From assembly GCF_000341395.1 (NCBI RefSeq), contig NC_020304.1:810001-842000 (forward strand): 32,000 nt of DNA, read 5' to 3'. The position numbers and the translations under genes are program-made. Below the pieces are notes generated by a model that saw only the letters and a program-made list of their open reading frames with translations, was not told the origin of the DNA and did no database searches. Within the stretch, counting starts at the first letter, position 1, and each line of letters begins with the position of its first letter. Source of the stretch: Desulfocapsa sulfexigens DSM 10523. Lineage in GTDB: Bacteria > Desulfobacterota > Desulfobulbia > Desulfobulbales > Desulfocapsaceae. This document shows positions 27,707 through 32,000 of this stretch, one piece after another.

Positions 27707-30700
27707 TTAAAAGTTTGAAATGATTGTTTGAGCAATTCCAAAAATATCAATGCGTTCATTTGGTGGGATATTGCTTGCATAAACTTGAATTGAAACCCGG
27801 ACATTTTTTTTGATAAAAATCACGTTGCCAACTTGAGTTGGCGCTTGTATTGAACGTCCACCACGTTGTAATGGACGGCTGTCTGTCTCGGAGTAACCAT
27901 ACGCCAGATCGGTTCCAGGCAGATTGAGTTTTTTTATTCGACCCTTATTATCATATTGTTCTTTGTTCTCCTGTAACCTCTTATGCATTTTTTGTATGGC
28001 AGAGCCCCATGATTCGTTTGAATCCGGAAACTCTGCTGAAATATTTACACTTGCTGTGATGGATGCATGAATATTGTTACCCCATTCCCATCTTTTCTTC
28101 AGCGTACGATATTCCCTTTCATGGGACAAATGAATTTTAGCATCGCCTTTAAAGCCATCTAACCCTCTAAACAGTGGACGAACATCTTTCAAAAAATTTT
28201 TATCCGTAAAAGCTACCATCTGTGCAGGAATGGTCATGTGAGCATCCAGATTATCAGCGATTTCGCTATTCAACCGGGAGTCCCAGTATTTCATACGTTC
28301 CTGAAGTTTTGTTTTCTCTTGAGGAGAATCTCCAAAATAGTTATCCCAAAGGTTCGGGTTGTACGGATCCTTAGACCCGGTTGAAAAACGACCATTCTCA
28401 CCAACAATACAGTCCACCCAGCCATCCAATTCCATATAAAAAGGAAAGTTAAAGGCAAAACCTCTAACCTCATTGTGTAATGGATTTTTTAACTTACCAA
28501 TATATGCATCGTGGGCATTTTTTATTTTTATAGGTTGGACATTATAATCCTCGATTTCATTTTCAATAGTTTCCTGTAGCTTCATCTTTTTCCGATAATA
28601 ATCCACCCATGATCCACGAACAGTGATCACATCTTTTACGTACCATATGGTATATTTAACATTCTTTTTTTTCCCATAACTACGATCAACAATAGTGATT
28701 ATTCCTGTCTCTAGCTCTTTGGCACAAAGATCCTTATTTGCTGATCCGAAGACAAGTCTTCCTGTCTCTGAGTACTTGTACGCTTGGTATCCACAATATA
28801 ATTCAGCATGTTCACGTATGGCGCCACCGCGTTCTCTAAACTGGATCTGTTTTGTTATATCATCTATCGAAAGGTTAAAGAGTTTTTCATCTTTCAAATA
28901 TTGCTGATTCGTTTTTTCCGTTGCGGGCGATGTGTCACTGGTGAGTACAGTAGGATTGCTTAAACGCTCAAGGAAGTCCTGTGTCGTTGATATGCTCCTT
29001 CCTAATGAGTCACCAAGCCCTGCAATCTCTGAACCCAGAGATGTCGCATTCTGAATGAAGATAGCAAAATCTGGTGGTATCTCCTCAGTTATTGAAGTGG
29101 ATTTACGCCAGGTGCTGAATTCGAAAGAGATGGTATCCTGCTTCTCGTCCAGCTTAGATAACGAATAATCATCTATCTTGTACTGGAGCACATTCCTAAA
29201 AGCTATTTCCAGATCACTTTTTGTTTTTGGATCTCCATTCCTGTAGAAATATGAAAGCAACTGTTTTGATTGTGCCAGAATGGTATCCTGCTCAATTTTA
29301 AGTGTTTTACCACGCTTGATAATATTGCCGTGCTCTTTTAATTGATTAGCACCCTTTTGGTACAGTTCATTGGCTATCAATGAATCAGCTGCCATCTGCT
29401 GATTCTGCTCACTTGCACCTTCAAGCGCTTTTCCTCCACCAAGCAAAGGCGAAAGAGCACTTGAAATTACATCACACTCATTTTTACGAGCAGTAAGTAC
29501 GGACACCATTTGTTTCAGTTCTTCAATGGTTTTATCCAGATTTTCTGGATCGCCACCATTGGTCTGGTAATGTTCGAGCGTTGTGCTGGCAAGCTTGATT
29601 GTTGTTGCGGTAGCCAGCATCATTTTTTCTGAGTCATCCCTTAATGTTGTAATACGTTCAGCATCCATAAAAGATCTGGCTTTATCAGCGGCCTCAAGTA
29701 ACGAATCTGCACTTATCAAGCTCTGCTCACGTGCCACCGAACGGTTAAAAACTTCAGTATATTGTTTGGTTATATTGTCGAAGTTCTTTATCTTTTCTTC
29801 GGATTCTTGCTGTAGTCTTCTGAATTCAGCTTCTTTAGCTTTGATTTGAGAAAAAAGTGTCTTTAATTTGGAAACTGCTACCTGCCCCTGGCGCTCCTGT
29901 TCGTCTTTATTTTCGGCAATAATACGCTTTGATTCCAAAGTGTCATGAACAATTCCTATGGAAGATTCGGTTAGCTCGTAGACATTCAATGCATCACTGG
30001 CGAGGGGAATACATTTGGCACCATTGTACACACCAACCAGCACCCCTTTTTTTTGTCCTTCCTGGTATGCGTTTACAAAACCACTTAAACCGGAAAGGTT
30101 CATGGCCGCATTCTTCAGGTAGGTACCGGTGTCAAATCGTGTCTCTTTGGTTTCAGTATCATAATAATAGGAATTTTGTCCTGCATCCCAGAGTGAAAGT
30201 ACGCGACCAATAACTCCTCCAGTTTTTTGCACTTTTTTATACGTGTCATGTCCTGCAACGATTTGGGATCTGGTGTTTTTGGCTTCAAGAAGTGCTTTTT
30301 GAGTTGCATTGTGCTGCTTCAGTTTCGCGATGGCCTGTTTTTCAATATATTGCTTTCCTTCTTTGCTATGATTGACTGGAGAGTTAGAAGTATTCCCTGC
30401 TGCTACCAGGTTGTTGAAGCGGGTTGGGTTCGTTTTTGCAGCTTTTAAAATTTTACGTATCTTTTTAATACTCTGCTTATTTTGTTTTTCCTCGCTTTGA
30501 AGTTTTTTAATATACTGTGCATTCCTGTCCAATTTTCCTTTAACAAGATTTTCAGTTAATGCGTCCAGGTGCATTGTATCACTAAACACATCGGTACTCT
30601 TGCCGGTGAGCAGGCTCTTCAAATTGTAATCCTTCAGACTTGCCTTAAACGCCTCACTTTTACTGATAATAAGAGTGGTCTTGTCATTCTGGGTATCTTT

Positions 30701-30850
30701 GTCATTTTGGAGATCTTCCTTTACAAAAGTCTGTTTTTCCGCAGCAACAGATAGTGGTGTGGGAGAGAATCCGAAAACTATACTAAGAGCCAGTAAAACA
30801 CTCAGACAGCTGCTGACAAGAGTTGGGCTCTTGTATAGTTGAGCAATCAT
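27707..30850 (-). CDS. Large secreted/envelope protein of unknown function with long coiled-coil regions
   Basis: 1047 aa; N-terminal signal-like LVSSCLSVLLALSIVFGFSPTPLSVAA; extended Lys/Glu/Gln-rich helical stretches; no recognised catalytic motif. Confidence 0.65.
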   Translation of the reverse strand: MIAQLYKSPTLVSSCLSVLLALSIVFGFSPTPLSVAAEKQTFVKEDLQNDKDTQNDKTTLIISKSEAFKASLKDYNLKSLLTGKSTDVFSDTMHLDALTENLVKGKLDRNAQYIKKLQSEEKQNKQSIKKIRKILKAAKTNPTRFNNLVAAGNTSNSPVNHSKEGKQYIEKQAIAKLKQHNATQKALLEAKNTRSQIVAGHDTYKKVQKTGGVIGRVLSLWDAGQNSYYYDTETKETRFDTGTYLKNAAMNLSGLSGFVNAYQEGQKKGVLVGVYNGAKCIPLASDALNVYELTESSIGIVHDTLESKRIIAENKDEQERQGQVAVSKLKTLFSQIKAKEAEFRRLQQESEEKIKNFDNITKQYTEVFNRSVAREQSLISADSLLEAADKARSFMDAERITTLRDDSEKMMLATATTIKLASTTLEHYQTNGGDPENLDKTIEELKQMVSVLTARKNECDVISSALSPLLGGGKALEGASEQNQQMAADSLIANELYQKGANQLKEHGNIIKRGKTLKIEQDTILAQSKQLLSYFYRNGDPKTKSDLEIAFRNVLQYKIDDYSLSKLDEKQDTISFEFSTWRKSTSITEEIPPDFAIFIQNATSLGSEIAGLGDSLGRSISTTQDFLERLSNPTVLTSDTSPATEKTNQQYLKDEKLFNLSIDDITKQIQFRERGGAIREHAELYCGYQAYKYSETGRLVFGSANKDLCAKELETGIITIVDRSYGKKKNVKYTIWYVKDVITVRGSWVDYYRKKMKLQETIENEIEDYNVQPIKIKNAHDAYIGKLKNPLHNEVRGFAFNFPFYMELDGWVDCIVGENGRFSTGSKDPYNPNLWDNYFGDSPQEKTKLQERMKYWDSRLNSEIADNLDAHMTIPAQMVAFTDKNFLKDVRPLFRGLDGFKGDAKIHLSHEREYRTLKKRWEWGNNIHASITASVNISAEFPDSNESWGSAIQKMHKRLQENKEQYDNKGRIKKLNLPGTDLAYGYSETDSRPLQRGGRSIQAPTQVGNVIFIKKNVRVSIQVYASNIPPNERIDIFGIAQTIISNF

Positions 30851-32000
30851 TTGACACCTCCTAAAAGCCGGGTTTTGACTTTCTCAACATAGGCTCGTAA
30901 AGCACTATCAAGATTTTTGTCGGCCAGAAGACTGAATGCAATTGACAATGCAGCATCTGTTTCCCCCTGTGCTTCCTGAATGGTGGCAATGGTTAACGCC
31001 AAAACATGGTCATCTCCACGTTGCTGTATATCTTGGCGAATAAGTTCAATTGCACGAGTCTCTTTTTGTGAGGAAAAAGCAACAAAGCTCAGCTGTATAG
31101 CAGCAGCTCTTCGCTGATCGACGGGACAGGATGTCATGCGTTGTTCTGCAAGCGCGAACGCGACTTCAAAATTGCGCAACTGATAATACGCTTCCACTAA
31201 ACGAGCCAGGAGCGGATCTTCCGAAAAAGACTCGAACACTGATTCGTACAGATCAATAGCTAATGCAGTTAAACTTGGAGAATTCACCTCCATATAGGCG
31301 TCTGCCAGATCAACGGTAATTCCGTTATTCTCCGGCAAACCAACTGTTGCTTTTTCAAGATAATCGATGGCACTGAAGAGCTTATCACGGTCTTTTTCAA
31401 CTACAGATTCAGCAAACAAATTCGCACCAATGTCATGCCATTCCAGAGCCTTTTCTGCCATATACTGGTCGCTGAGTTCTTGCTCTTCTTCTGCCTTTTG
31501 TTGTGTTGTACTTTGGGTGGGGGATGTATTTATCTGACTCTGTAACCAATCTGCACGGGCCCCCACATTATGGGCATCTGCGGCATTAGGTGCCAGGACA
31601 CAATATTTTTTGTAAGCCAGAGCTGCCTGGTCGTGTACACCCTGTTTTTCCAGCAGGATACCTAGATTTTTGTATGTCAAAGCATAGTTCTTATCACTCT
31701 CAAGAGCCGAAATATATGCCTGCAATGCTTCATCGAATCTTTCGAGCTTACGCATTACCAGACCGAGATTATTTAGTGTCACTAAACTGGTGGGATCTTT
31801 CTTAAGAGAACGAGAAAGAGAAATTCGTGCTTCTTCTAATTTTCCTTCCCGAGCCAATCTGGTTCCTTGCTTTTGTAATTCACCCGCCGTCAGACTTACC
31901 TGGTTTAAGGGTGGCGCAATGTTTTCTTCCGGGGGCAGTAGAAAAGGAGAGCCACCTGTCGTCGCAGAAGGAGAAGAGGCCTCCGATGTTTTTGGAGGAA
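30847..32000 (-). CDS. TPR-repeat protein (5' end beyond window)
   Basis: TPR units (EARISLSRSLKKDPTSLVTLNNLGLVMRKLERFDEALQAYISALESDKNYALTYKNLGILLEKQGVHDQAALAYKKYCVLAPN). The frame stays open from 31857 to 32000 (..PPEENIAPPLNQVSLTAGELQKQGTRLAREG). ATGA overlap with the 1047-aa gene. Confidence 0.82.
   Translation of the reverse strand, partial: PPKTSEASSPSATTGGSPFLLPPEENIAPPLNQVSLTAGELQKQGTRLAREGKLEEARISLSRSLKKDPTSLVTLNNLGLVMRKLERFDEALQAYISALESDKNYALTYKNLGILLEKQGVHDQAALAYKKYCVLAPNAADAHNVGARADWLQSQINTSPTQSTTQQKAEEEQELSDQYMAEKALEWHDIGANLFAESVVEKDRDKLFSAIDYLEKATVGLPENNGITVDLADAYMEVNSPSLTALAIDLYESVFESFSEDPLLARLVEAYYQLRNFEVAFALAEQRMTSCPVDQRRAAAIQLSFVAFSSQKETRAIELIRQDIQQRGDDHVLALTIATIQEAQGETDAALSIAFSLLADKNLDSALRAYVEKVKTRLLGGVK

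Noticed and set aside
1-32000. CRISPR arrays, tRNA/rRNA genes, transposases
   Set aside because: No regularly spaced repeats, no recognisable RNA gene signatures and no transposase-like ORFs were found by eye.

Overview
The window looks like a Desulfobacterota-type chromosome segment (inference from gene content only). Best-supported observations: (1) Most of a proteobacterial dedicated sortase system is present: a VIT/vWA sortase-target-like protein (26..2159, -), a PdsR-like response regulator (2365..3066, +) and a PdsS-like histidine kinase with an N-terminal sensor region (12478..14670, +). The kinase lies about 9.4 kb from its presumed regulator, with other genes between them. A further minus-strand gene starts at base 29 with an ATGA overlap; it is the natural place for the missing sortase. 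(2) A ~700 bp direct repeat (6420..7116 and 10516..11218) covers the 3' part of pyruvate kinase plus the first ~10 codons of the ClC gene. It flanks a 3.4 kb segment carrying RegB/RegA-like redox regulators and a split-Soret-type cytochrome, the layout expected from single-crossover (Campbell-like) integration between pyk and clcA. (3) Two conserved genes (VIT/vWA target and topB) are each interrupted by exactly one extra A in an A-homopolymer, suggesting sequencing error or slippage rather than decay. (4) The 25-32 kb end holds a poorly characterised envelope-type cluster: TPR protein, 1047-aa secreted coiled-coil protein, tandem PAN/PG-binding/SH3-like protein, and a lipoprotein. No CRISPR array, tRNA, rRNA or transposase was recognised. 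All family assignments are by eye, without database searches.
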